Positions 12,001 to 21,194 of a DNA stretch of 64,000 nucleotides are shown piece after piece. The stretch is from assembly GCF_963921235.1 (NCBI RefSeq), contig NC_086097.1:229340001-229404000 (forward strand), given 5' to 3'. Each line of letters begins with the position of its first letter. Position 1 is the stretch's first letter. Made by a program: the position numbers and the translations under genes. A model generated the notes under the pieces. The model was not told the DNA's origin, made no database searches, and saw only the letters and a program-made list of their open reading frames with translations. This DNA is from Mobula hypostoma. Taxonomy: Eukaryota.

Positions 12001-12869
12001 AAAGTGTCCCAAAGAGTGTTAACCGAAATATCCTCTGTATGATTAATTGTAAAAAAAAGCTCAATCTGTTCATTCATAAAGTTAACAAAGTCCGAGTCCT
12101 GAAGCAACAGCGAATTAAAACGCCATTGTCTATTATTTGGTATATTGGCCATAATTTTAATAGAAAGCTTAAGTGGAGCATGATCCGAAATGGTTATAGA
12201 ATCATAATCACATTTAATCACTGAAGGAATAAGACGAGAATCAATAAAAAAATAATCAATTCTTGAATAGGAATGATGAACATGTGAAAAGAAGGAAAAA
12301 TCTTTTTCCTGAGGATGCAGAAAACGCCAAATGTCCGTCGACCGAGAATCAGAAAGGAAAAAATTAATCAAATTTGCAGATTTATTAGGTAAGGTCCGTA
12401 AAGGAGCCGAACGGTCCAAAGCTGGAGACAAACAGGTATTAAGATCTCCGCCCCAGATCAATGAAAACTCGTTCAAATTCGGAAACTGATTAAACAATGA
12501 TTTATAAAATTCCGGACAATCCATATTAGGAGCATAAACATTAACCAAAACTACTTTTTTATTAAATAGTAAACCACTAACCAATAAAAATCTACCATTC
12601 GGATCAGAAATAATATCCTGTTGTATAAAAGTAACTGAGGAATCTATAAAAATAGAGACGCCTCGAATCTTAGCATTGGAGTTCGAATGAAATTGTTGTC
12701 CCTTCCAGAATTTAAAAAAACGTAGTCTGTCCCCCCTCCGTACATGGGTCTCTTGTAAAAATAAAATTTGTGCTTTAAGTCTCCGGAACACTTTAAAAAC
12801 TTTTTTCCTTTTAATAGGATGATTAAGACCGTTAGTATTCCAGGAGACAAAATTAATAATAGACTCCAT
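9093..12869 (-). CDS. L1 ORF2p: APE endonuclease, reverse transcriptase and C-terminal cysteine-rich knuckle
   Basis: Uninterrupted ORF (track 9093..12884; first ATG at 12869, MESIINF). Motifs SWNTNGLN, LQETH, GGDLN, SRIDY, SDHAP, KAPGPDG, YRPISLLN, LDAEKAFD, GTRQGCPLSPLLF, LYADDLL, YLGI and CDRC-x8-HMFWSC. Confidence 0.96.
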   Translation of the reverse strand: MESIINFVSWNTNGLNHPIKRKKVFKVFRRLKAQILFLQETHVRRGDRLRFFKFWKGQQFHSNSNAKIRGVSIFIDSSVTFIQQDIISDPNGRFLLVSGLLFNKKVVLVNVYAPNMDCPEFYKSLFNQFPNLNEFSLIWGGDLNTCLSPALDRSAPLRTLPNKSANLINFFLSDSRSTDIWRFLHPQEKDFSFFSHVHHSYSRIDYFFIDSRLIPSVIKCDYDSITISDHAPLKLSIKIMANIPNNRQWRFNSLLLQDSDFVNFMNEQIELFFTINHTEDISVNTLWDTFKAYIRGQIISYSAALRKKQKQEEMAIVDKIKEIDKKYVMAPSEELYKQRTELQMEHSLLLSSSIVNQLKKTRSDFYVHSDKIGKLLANQLKSNYVKSQINQIYNQNDRLILDHVGINQTFRDFYSSLYQSESPRDSKYMNDFLDKLDFPQISQDMSSLLDTSITMDEIKNVIFSMNLGKAPGPDGFTVEFYKCFASLLIPWLCRVFEASLKLGKLPESFNRASISLILKKDKDPAQCASYRPISLLNVDSKVFSKLLANRLEKILPSIISEDQTGFIKGRYSFYNIRTLLNIVYTPSQNVPECVISLDAEKAFDRVEWPYLFKVLEMFNFSLKFISWIKLLYHSPVASVRTNSLNSPFFPLFRGTRQGCPLSPLLFDIALEPLAIAIRESSNITGITRGLKSHKLSLYADDLLLYISNPEKSIPAVLELLAQFGFFSGYKLNLSKSELFPINKHLPLYYKFPFKLINNYFSYLGIKITCKYKDLFKTNFLPLIDHITQLSSKWFPLYLTLIGRINAVKMFFLPKFLYVFQALPIFVPKFFFDKVDSKISSFIWQNKNPRLGKIHLQKAKRDGGLALPNFRFYYWAINIRHMKFWLLDQDILSIPKWVALELQSVQGYTLRSILGSSLPFDSKRLKQVSNPIVKYALRIWFQFRKFFDLNQFGLAIPILGNIFFPPSFTDRAFQTWKTKGILRFLDLFLDGSLMSFEQLSNKYNLSRIHFFRYLQVRNFLSTILSSFPMLPPTYILDSIINLNPCQKGASAMIYNIIMKLRKAPFDKIRVDWEQELGLTISVDDWGQILQLVNTSSICAKHSLIQFKVVHRAHMSKDKLARFYSHINPFCDRCSGQIASLTHMFWSCPTLETFWRDIFNIISKVLNIDISPHPITAIFGLPKISSNLSPSARRMIAFLTLMAKRCILQHWKELNAPTTFFWFSQTILCLNLEKIRSNLYDSSFKFEQIWGPFIRYFHLM

Positions 12870-13591
12870 AAATCCTAAAGTCAACCCACAGCGAGGAGGA
12901 TTGACGATAGGCTCGACCCACGAACCCAGAGAGGAAACAGAACATACAAAAGATACCGGGAAAAAGGACGCAACCAGTACTTCAATAATGTATATAGCCC
13001 AAAGAGAAAAAAACTAAAACGTGAAGCCCCTCCCGCCGCCCTCCGCCCCAAGACCCCAAGGCAAAATCTAAAGCAGACCCGCCCGAAAGAAGCAAGCGCT
13101 AAAACTACCCCCATGACTTCCGGTATACGCTCCCTAAAAAAAAGGTATAAATATGAAAAAGATCAGCTAATTGTAAAACAGTAAAAAAGTAAAAAAAAAA
13201 GGTAACTCAATTAAAATACACACACAACAGAACAAAAGCCAGAAAATATATATTAAAAAAAAACCACAATAAACCCCAAACCCATGAATAAACACAACAA
13301 CAAGAAAAAATAAGATTATTGACATAAACTAGTTATAAAAAGCAAAACAAAATAAAATTTTAAAAAAACTACAAAATTTAAGGCCACACAGGAAATACAT
13401 AAGATGACAAAAAGGAAGTAACCACCCAGAATCCCCTGGGAAAAGGAAGAAATGACGCAGTTGAAAAGAAAGTTTAGCAACCATATTAAGAAATCAAAAA
13501 TAAACTTTTCTGCCCAAATAGGGCACGAAAAAGTTAAAACCAACCAATTCACAGCCTCCGATCAACGGAGATAATTAAAAAAAAATAGCAA

Positions 13592-14491
13592 TTAAGATGT
13601 TGAAGATGAAAATTGATCCAGATAACTCTGGGCATCCGATGGAGAATCAAAAAAACGAAGGGCTCCATCTGACATGCGAATCCTTAGACGTGCAGGGTAC
13701 AGCAGCGCTGGTCTTAAATCCATCTTATAGAATTCCGACATCACAAATCTGTAGCGAACCCGTTGGTCCCAGATTGGTTTACTGAAATCTTCCACGAATT
13801 GGAACTTAAGATCCGAAAAATCAATGAAACCTTTAGATCGAGCGAATCGAAACAGTCTCTCCTTGTCTTGAAAGTAATGAAAACGTAAAATAACATGCCT
13901 AGGTCTATCTGACCTAGACGAGTAGGATGGGATTCTGTGAACACGATCCAGTAGCGGTGGTTGGTCAGGAAATACAGTAGGGAATGCATCTTTTAAAAGT
14001 TGAGAAAAAAACTTCATGGGGTTGTTAGATTCAACAGCTTCACGCACCCCAATCATTCGTAAATTCTGCCGTCGCATTCTAGATTCCAAGTCAGAGTTTT
14101 TAAAAGTCAGAAAGTCAAGTTTCTTCTTCATTACATTAATTGTTTCTTCGATTTTCCCCATCTTAAGCTCACTTTGTTGCGCGAATGTTTGAAGATCAGA
14201 TATAGCCGACTGATGTTCCGCAATAGATGTTTGCATCTTATCAATTGAATCGGCAATTTTCTGGAGATTAATTGAGATTTCCGTATGAATCAGGTCTTTA
14301 ACAGAGTCTGCAATTTCCGTACGAATCATCTCCCTAACAGAGGTTGAAATTTCCCTCTGAATTAACTCCGATATAGCTTTCAAAGTCACCGGTGATTCAG
14401 TCGGGGGGAAATCCATACCTTTCAGTTTAACCGGAGGTTTACCATCCTTGCCGTTTTTCCTGTTCTTAGACATAGCAGATCTAAGTTCCAT
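13592..14491 (-). CDS. L1 ORF1p (coiled coil, RRM, C-terminal domain)
   Basis: 299-aa ORF with a heptad-like N-terminal half, then RRQNLRMIGVRE, LDRVHRI, RPRHVILRF, FVEDFS and LYPARLRI, all typical of L1 ORF1p. Confidence 0.93.
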   Translation of the reverse strand: MELRSAMSKNRKNGKDGKPPVKLKGMDFPPTESPVTLKAISELIQREISTSVREMIRTEIADSVKDLIHTEISINLQKIADSIDKMQTSIAEHQSAISDLQTFAQQSELKMGKIEETINVMKKKLDFLTFKNSDLESRMRRQNLRMIGVREAVESNNPMKFFSQLLKDAFPTVFPDQPPLLDRVHRIPSYSSRSDRPRHVILRFHYFQDKERLFRFARSKGFIDFSDLKFQFVEDFSKPIWDQRVRYRFVMSEFYKMDLRPALLYPARLRIRMSDGALRFFDSPSDAQSYLDQFSSSTS

Positions 14492-14647
14492 CCAGTTGTC
14501 GGAGAATTCAGTTTAATTCAAAGTATTGTAAGAGTTGATGCCTTAATGGTTAATTAAAGTATAGCTGACCATAGAGAAAAAAACTCAGAGGTAATGGAGC
14601 GAGTCAAGAACGCGACTTCACTCCATGAGCGCTACCGGAAGTCCCCC

Positions 14648-15256
14648 TCAAATTTTCTCAATCCACTTACATATTGATATCCCCCAAGATTATCACAACA
14701 TTGCCAATTTAAGTGCCTTTTCTATCTCCTGTTGCAATTTGTAGCCCATATCCTGGCTACTATTCCTATCAGGGTATTTTTACCTTGCATTTTCTTAACT
14801 CTACACACAAGGATTCTACTTCTTCTATGTCACCTCTTTCTGGGAATTTGATTTCATTTTGAACTGACAGAGCCACCCCACTTCATCTGCTTACCTGCCT
14901 GCCCTTTCAATACAATGTGCATCCTTGGATGTTAAGCTCCCAACTATGGTCTTCTTTCAGCTACGACTTGGAGATGCCTACAACATCATACCTGCGCTAC
15001 AAGATCATCTACTTTATTCTGTATACTGCGTGCATTCAAATATAACACCCTCACTCATGTATTCATTGCCCTTTTTGATTTTGGCCCCCTGTTACACTTC
15101 AACTCATCCCAATGACTGTAATGTTGCCTGTCATCTGTCTGTCCTTCCTCACCACACACTGCATCCACTGCTCCATCCTTAGCCCTTTCACTCAAGTTTC
15201 CATCCCCCTGCCAAATTAGCTTAAGCCCTCCCCAACAGCTCTACCAAACCTGCCCA
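14648..15256 (-). mobile_element. Old CR1 APE-region fragment hosting the L1 (other half at about 8530-8737)
   Basis: Degenerate similarity to the CR1 APE region at 55200-55990, and continuous across the L1 TSD. Confidence 0.65.
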
Positions 15257-15944
15257 GTTTTGGAGAATGAAACTCCCATAAACGTGGCTATTTTTGTTGT
15301 GATGTCTATTGGGTGCATGTCATCACAAACAAACAATTTTCACTACCTGCACACTTCCTTCCCATCAAGCATGAGAATGAAAAACACTTTATTAGAATCT
15401 ATCATTTGAGATAAATTAGTGAATATTTCGAAAGACAAGGGTAAAATATGCAAATGTTTGTTAATGACTAATATTGTACACATTTAAGAGATTTTTAATC
15501 TCGGATTGAAAAGAGAATTTCAAAAGGTGCCTCAGAATATGATTTTTTGGAAAACCCACGTGTATGATGTAAGAGAAAAAGTAACAACATGGTTAGAAAA
15601 ATGCTGATTAAAGGAAAATAAAGGGCTAACTATTGGTTCTTCTATTAGAATGGATGGATTCCAGGTCTAAGACACAAAAGGGTGAACTCAGGCAAATTGT
15701 AGGTAAAGAAGGCTTGAACTTGGAGACACTGCATCACCTGTAAGTAAACCTTAAACATAAGCCTTGGAAGCTCTTCCAGGCCTCAATGGAAAATAAACTG
15801 CTGAAGACCTTGGCCCAACAGAAAGTCGCTGTCCAAAAGAAGAGAAGAATGTTGGAGCACTGACAGCCATAACATGCATGGTTTCTTCAGTACTGTCAAT
15901 GCTATTGGCCCAAACATCTATTGCCCCACTTTACTGAGAGGCAA

Positions 15945-16102
15945 GTGTTCCTGGGTTCAAATCTGGCCGACTCTTTGCATGCTTCCCATGTGTTCTGGGT
16001 TGAGCTCAAGCTAGCGACTCAGCCTTGTTAAAAACAGACAAAAATGCTAAAGAAACGGCAAGGTTTCCACTTGATGCACCACAAAGTATGGAAAGGAACA
16101 AC
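15945..16102 (+). mobile_element. Degenerate tRNA-derived SINE fragment
   Basis: Box-B-like ggttcaaatc. The body (ttcccatg...gcgactcagccttgttaaaaa) resembles 63033-63273. Confidence 0.5.
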
Positions 16103-16280
16103 TATAACTGAAAGGCAAGAACAGGGGTGATCTTATCATGGAATAGGAGGTATTAGTGCTCACTATCTTTTCAACCATACCTCTTTGATCTACAAGCCCC
16201 CTGACCATCTCTCAGCAATTTATCTGGTCCGGCTTTGCTGTTATCATTGGTTGAGAAGAAGTGATAGAGACCACATCCCG

Positions 16281-16624
16281 TGTCACGAGTCCACAACTTC
16301 ATCAAAGCAAAATGTGCCATAGGCTGTCATAATCATAATCATCTTCAAAACAGATTGCAAATATAACTCTGGTGGCTACAGAAATTTCTCCCTGCTGCCT
16401 GCTTCAGGATAAGCCCTGGCTAGGGGCTTCCCCAAAGTCCACCTCTAGTGGTTGATAAGCTGCTCCCTAAGTCGCAGTGAGGATTCTGGTAGTCCTCATG
16501 CAGAGGATTTACCTGGTTTAAGTTACTATATTAAGTAGTTACTAATAAATAGTGGTTTTAACATCAAAACCAGACTCCAGGTGTGTCACTGCTGGTTCAT
16601 TTAAACCGTTGTGTGTACGTAACA
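16281..16624 (+). mobile_element. Probable LTR (no TSD seen)
   Basis: Inverted termini tgtcacg...cgtaaca and an internal AATAAA near 16543. Adjacent to a Gypsy pol remnant. Confidence 0.45.
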
Positions 16625-16626
16625 GT

Positions 16627-17139
16627 TGTTGTTTGTCCATCATTGTTGTCGATGAAGACCTCGACACTATTATGATGATGATGGTGTCGAGACTAACACA
16701 TGGTTTGGATTTAAGTGAGGAAGAGTCGCACAGCGTCAGCCTCACTCTCTGTTCCCAATTCCCATCTGGATCCAGTGGCAAAACAAGAGTTGAGACGACT
16801 GGAGATGGGACTAGGCTCAGTGGATGACCAGGACATCTTCTGTGTCTTGTCCTGTTCTACACGTTCCACAACGCTTGCAGAGACTGCTTTCTTGACTATT
16901 GGACCTTGCATTGGTCTCGTCCGCTCAATCCGCCGGAGTCTGTCTTCACATGCTGGGATGGACACCTCCCTATCTCATCAAGGGTTTGAAACCCGTCGGC
17001 TACCCTCACCTGGTTTAGCCAGCTTGTCGAAGCTGTTGCCCAGGGTGTCGCATGCAGACAGCCACGGGGAGCCACAGGTGAGAGCTGAGTGCCAGGTGGG
17101 GACCAAAGGTGGGCCAACTGCCGTCAAAAGGACGCGACA
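16627..17139 (-). mobile_element. Non-coding RTE-type retroposon (SIDE/bipartite SINE-like), 513 bp
   Basis: 13-bp TSD tgtacgtaacagt at 16614-16626 and 17140-17152. The 3' end has a hairpin ctcgacac...gtgtcgag and a (CAA)n tail. No recognisable protein-coding frame. Confidence 0.8.
17003..17139 (-). ncRNA. Candidate HDV-like self-cleaving ribozyme
   Basis: P2 CUCUCACCUG/CAGGUGAGGG; P3 GGC/GCU; L3 UCCCCGUG; GG-GCAA; P4 CAGCUU-CGAC-AAGCUG; then G-C-UAA, with the C at the complement of 17018. P1 is atypical. Confidence 0.6.
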
Positions 17140-17152
17140 TGTACGTAACAGT

Positions 17153-17865
17153 AGGGGTTGCTGGAGCCCAGAAACCCACTCATTGGAGGAATTGGACCAG
17201 GCACACTGAGGGCAGGCAGCGACAAGCTGACATACATCTGCGATCACGTTAGGCCACTAGAACTGGCACCACAGAAATTCCAAAGACCATCGTGCACCTG
17301 GATGGCCAGAGCGGGATAAGGAATGGGCCCAGTTGAGTGCCTTAGAGCCCATGGCCGACAGCATGTATATGCAATGGTCAGGTGTGTCAGCTGGAGCAGG
17401 CTCTTGCTATAGGGCCTTCTCCGGCTAACACACGAGGTCCCAGACGATCGGGGCAGGGATCTGAGAGGATGGAATGATGGTCTAAGAGTCAAACTCTGTT
17501 TCACCTGAGTTAAACTGTTGTAACTTTGCGTTCTTGGTCGGTAGGAGATGGTGAAGTTGAATTGCTTAAAGAGGGTCCAGTGAGCCTGACGTGGGTTGAG
17601 TTCATGGGTCTGTTATATGGATATGAGGTTTTGGTGGTCAGTCCAGATCAGGAAGGGCTTAGTATTTCCAATCAGCCAATATCTCCATTCCACCAAAGCC
17701 CACTTAATTGCAAATAGTTCCCTTCTCTTACTCCATAATGGTGTTGTGTGGGGTTGAATTTGCATGAGAAGAAAGCACAATGATGTATCTTCGTGCTCCG
17801 TCCTTTAAGGGAAAGGATGGCCCTGACACCCACGTCAGACATGTCCACCTCTACCACACAAGGTT
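17153..17865 (-). pseudogene. Gypsy/Ty3 pol remnant (RNase H and integrase zinc-binding region)
   Basis: Frameshifted pieces [38 protein letters not shown] and IADVCQLVAACPQCA..SGLQQPL. Confidence 0.8.
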
Positions 17866-17889
17866 TGGAGAGATTCGTTGGCAGAGAAT

Positions 17890-19150
17890 GAGAGTGGTGG
17901 TGAAGTGTCTTTAATAAAAGACTGCAAAATAACAAGCCGTGAATTTCCACAAAGCACAAGAGAACAGAAACTAAGCATAACAGGCAAGGAAGGTGAAGGC
18001 TAGGAGCAACTGGTCAAGGCTAGCTGGTTCAGTGAGTGACTTCCTGTCCGATCCCAGCAAGTGGTAAGAGTGGGCTCCCTTTCTCTGCCCCTCTGACCTT
18101 CAACACAGGTGACCCTCGGTGCTCTGTCCTAAGTCCCCTCCTTTACTCTCTGTATAACCATGACTGTGTTACCACCCACAGCTCCAATCTGCTTATTATC
18201 TTTGCTGATGATACTAATCTCAAATAATAACAAGACAGCCTACAGAGAAGAAGTCATCACCCTGACACAGTGGTGTCAAGAAAACAACCTGTCCCTCAAT
18301 GTCACAAAAACAAAGGAGTTGGTTGTGGACTACAGGAGGAATGGATTGAATGGAATGAATGCTAACCTCTATTGACATCAATGGATCTGTGTTGAGGGGT
18401 GAACAGCTTTTAAGTTCCTTGGCAAACGCACCACCAAGGATCTCATGTGGTCTGTACATACCGGCTGTGTGGTGAGAAAAGCACAACAGCGCCTCTTTCA
18501 CATCAGATGGTTGAGGAGGCTTGCTATGGGCCCCCAAATCCTAAGAATTGTCAACAGGGGTACAATTCAGAGCATCCTGACTGGCTGCATTATTGCCTGA
18601 TACCGGAACTGTACTTACCTCAATCGCAGGACTCTGCAGAGAGTGGTGCGGACAACCCAGCACATCTGTAGATGTGAACTTTCCACTATTCAGGACATTT
18701 ACAGAGACAGGTGTGTAAAAAGGGTCCAAAGGATCATTGGGGACTCAAGTCATCCCAACCACAAACTGTTCCAGCTGCTACCATCTGGGAAACGGTACTG
18801 CAGCATAAAAGCCAGGACCAACAGGCTCCGGGACAGCTTCCTCCACCAGGCTATCAGACTGATTAATTCATGCTGATATAATTGTATTTCTATGCTACAA
18901 TGACTGCCCTGTTGTGCATACTATTAATTACAAATTACCTTAAATTGCACATTGTACACTTAGATGGAGATATAACATAAAGATTTTTACTCTGCATATA
19001 TACAAAGGATGTAAGTAATAAAGTCAAATCAATTCAATTCAGTACAAGGACAGTGGATGAGGACTGGGGTTAAATAGGCTGCAGGTGATGAGTCTGGAAC
19101 AAGCAGCATCTGAATCCTATTAGCTAGGTGGAGACTGTGAGGTGTCTCCA
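17890..19150 (-). mobile_element. Gypsy-type LTR remnant split by a Rex1 insertion (17890-18057 and 19042-19150)
   Basis: The reverse complement of 19050-19140 (cagtctccacctagctaatagg...ctcatcacctgcagcctatttaacccc) matches 57625-57710. Confidence 0.55.
18058..19041 (+). mobile_element. 5'-truncated Rex1/Babar LINE
   Basis: VLSPLLYSLYNHDCV...FADDT, WCQENNLSLNVTKTKELVVDYR, LLPSGKRY; ends aataaagtcaaatcaattcaattca. Confidence 0.88.
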
Positions 19151-19239
19151 TGTGCTTGCTGGGAGGTGTCAATGGGAGCAGACCAGACAGGTAATCTCTT
19201 ATCCTTCAAACTCCATAGAGCTCAAGTCCAGAAATAAAA

Positions 19240-20072
19240 CAGTACAACATAGAAACAGGCCCTTCGGCCCACAATGTTGTGCTGAACCAATTAAATTAGT
19301 AATCAAATGGCCAATTAAACTAACCTCTTCTGCCTACACAATGTCCAAATACTTCCATCTTCCTCAGATTTATGTGCCTTGTACAAGTCCATAATGTATC
19401 TACCATCACCTCAGGCAGTGCATTCCAGGTATGTACCTTCCTCTGTGTGAAAAACTTGCCCCTGACTTCTCTTTGAAATTACCCTCGCTCACTTTAAATG
19501 CATGCCCTGTGGTGTTAGACATTTCAACCCTGGGGAAAAGATACTGTCTGTCTACTCTATCTATGCCTCTCATAATCTTATAAACCTCAATAAGATCTCT
19601 CCTCAACTGCTGCTGCTCCAGAGATAACAACCAAAGTTTGTCCAAACTCTCATTGCACATGCCCTCTGAGACTAGAGAGTATCCTGGTAAACCTCTTATG
19701 CACCCTCTCCAAAGCCTCAACATCAGCCAGAGCTGTATGCAGTACTCCAGATGTGGCCTAAATAGAGTTTTGTGAAGTTGCAATATAACTTCCTGACTTT
19801 TCAATTCAATGCCTCAATGAATAAAAACAAGCATGTCATCTGTCTTCTTAACCACCCTGTCAACCTGTGTAGCCAGTTACAGGGAGCTGTGAACTTGACC
19901 CCAAGATCCCTCTGCACATCAACACTGTTACGGGAGTTTCCCTTAACAGCGTACTGACTCTTTGCATTTGACCTACCAAGGTGCAACACTTCACATTTAT
20001 CCGGTTTAAACTCCATCTGCCATTCCTCTGTCCATATCTGCAAGTGATTTATATTCCGCTGTATTCTTTGCC
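19240..20072 (-). mobile_element. CR1 LINE 3' fragment
   Basis: EWQMEFKPDKCEVLHLG, RPHLEYCIQLW, RDLIEVYKIMRG. Confidence 0.88.
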
Positions 20073-21194
20073 AAACTCTTGTCAGTGACTGCAGTGCATA
20101 TTAATGTTGGTATACCTTGTGACATGACTGTTGAAATATTGAGGTGCCAGGCAGAATTTTTGGTTGAGGGTTACCTCCTACAATATCATCTTTCTTCAGA
20201 TGTTTTTATTTGCCTTTTCAAGAGCCTAGTAACACTGCAAGACCTGTAGTGAAAAGGGTAAAGTGAAAGTACTACCACTGAAAAGAGCTAGTATAGATGC
20301 AATGGCCTGAATGATCTCTGTTAAGATGTAAGCCTTTATGATATTTTATTATGGACTGGGATTAATGGGCTGACGAACTCTGCAACTAATATGTGTCAGT
20401 AGAGATGAATAGTTCTGAGTCAGCCCAGTAATTAGATCATTCTGCTTTCATAGAGTTGATATTACATCCTCCTTCAGCAAAAAAAAAATGTTATTCTAGC
20501 TCTCAGTAGGATTTGTTTCTGAAGATGGAGAGAGATACCACCAATTTGTTCATCCCATCTTTCTAACCAGAGGAAGAACTAATGGATTTGAGGAGCCACT
20601 GTGAGAGAAAAAAAGACAAGTCCAAGTTGAGTAGAAGTGCTGATCTGGTAAAACACATAACATTACATTTTGTAAACTGATGCATCTTTTTCTCCTTAAT
20701 GTTGAAATAGTGCCTTTATTTGATAGTTTCATCTTACTTTCAGCTCATACAGTATAATTACCATGCACTTCCAATTAGAAACAGAAAACCTCCCTCCTGA
20801 AGCACAATAGATATCTGCCTTTTGAACACACGTGTCATCTCCTATGTTAATGGCTTAATGGATTTTTAGCATTTCATACACTAATAGATAAATGGGCAGG
20901 GCAGGCTAATCTTTGAACTGGCAATGTATCACTCATCGGTTTAACATGATGGCCTGGAATCTGCTACCAAAATAATGCTGAGTCTTCTTTCCGGTAGCCA
21001 TTATTAATGTGTAAATTGTCTTTTGAAGACAAGGTTCCCCATAAATTGTGAATTGTCGCACTTCACAACCATGAAAGCAGCAGCTAATATATGTTTTATG
21101 ATTTTGCTGAATTTGCACATTAATTGTCCATTGGAGTCAGAGCTAACTTTAAGGAGTAATTACCCTGTTAATGAGAGGATTATCCAATGCCGAT

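Larger units (their letters stand above)
8738..14647 (-). mobile_element. Full-length L1-clade non-LTR retrotransposon (fish Swimmer-like)
   Basis: Starts GGGGGACTTCCGG; ORF1, about 0.7-kb spacer, ORF2, 3'UTR with AATAAA and an AAAAAGAAAGAAA tail. Perfect 12-bp TSD tcaaattttctc at 8726-8737 and 14648-14659. Confidence 0.96.
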
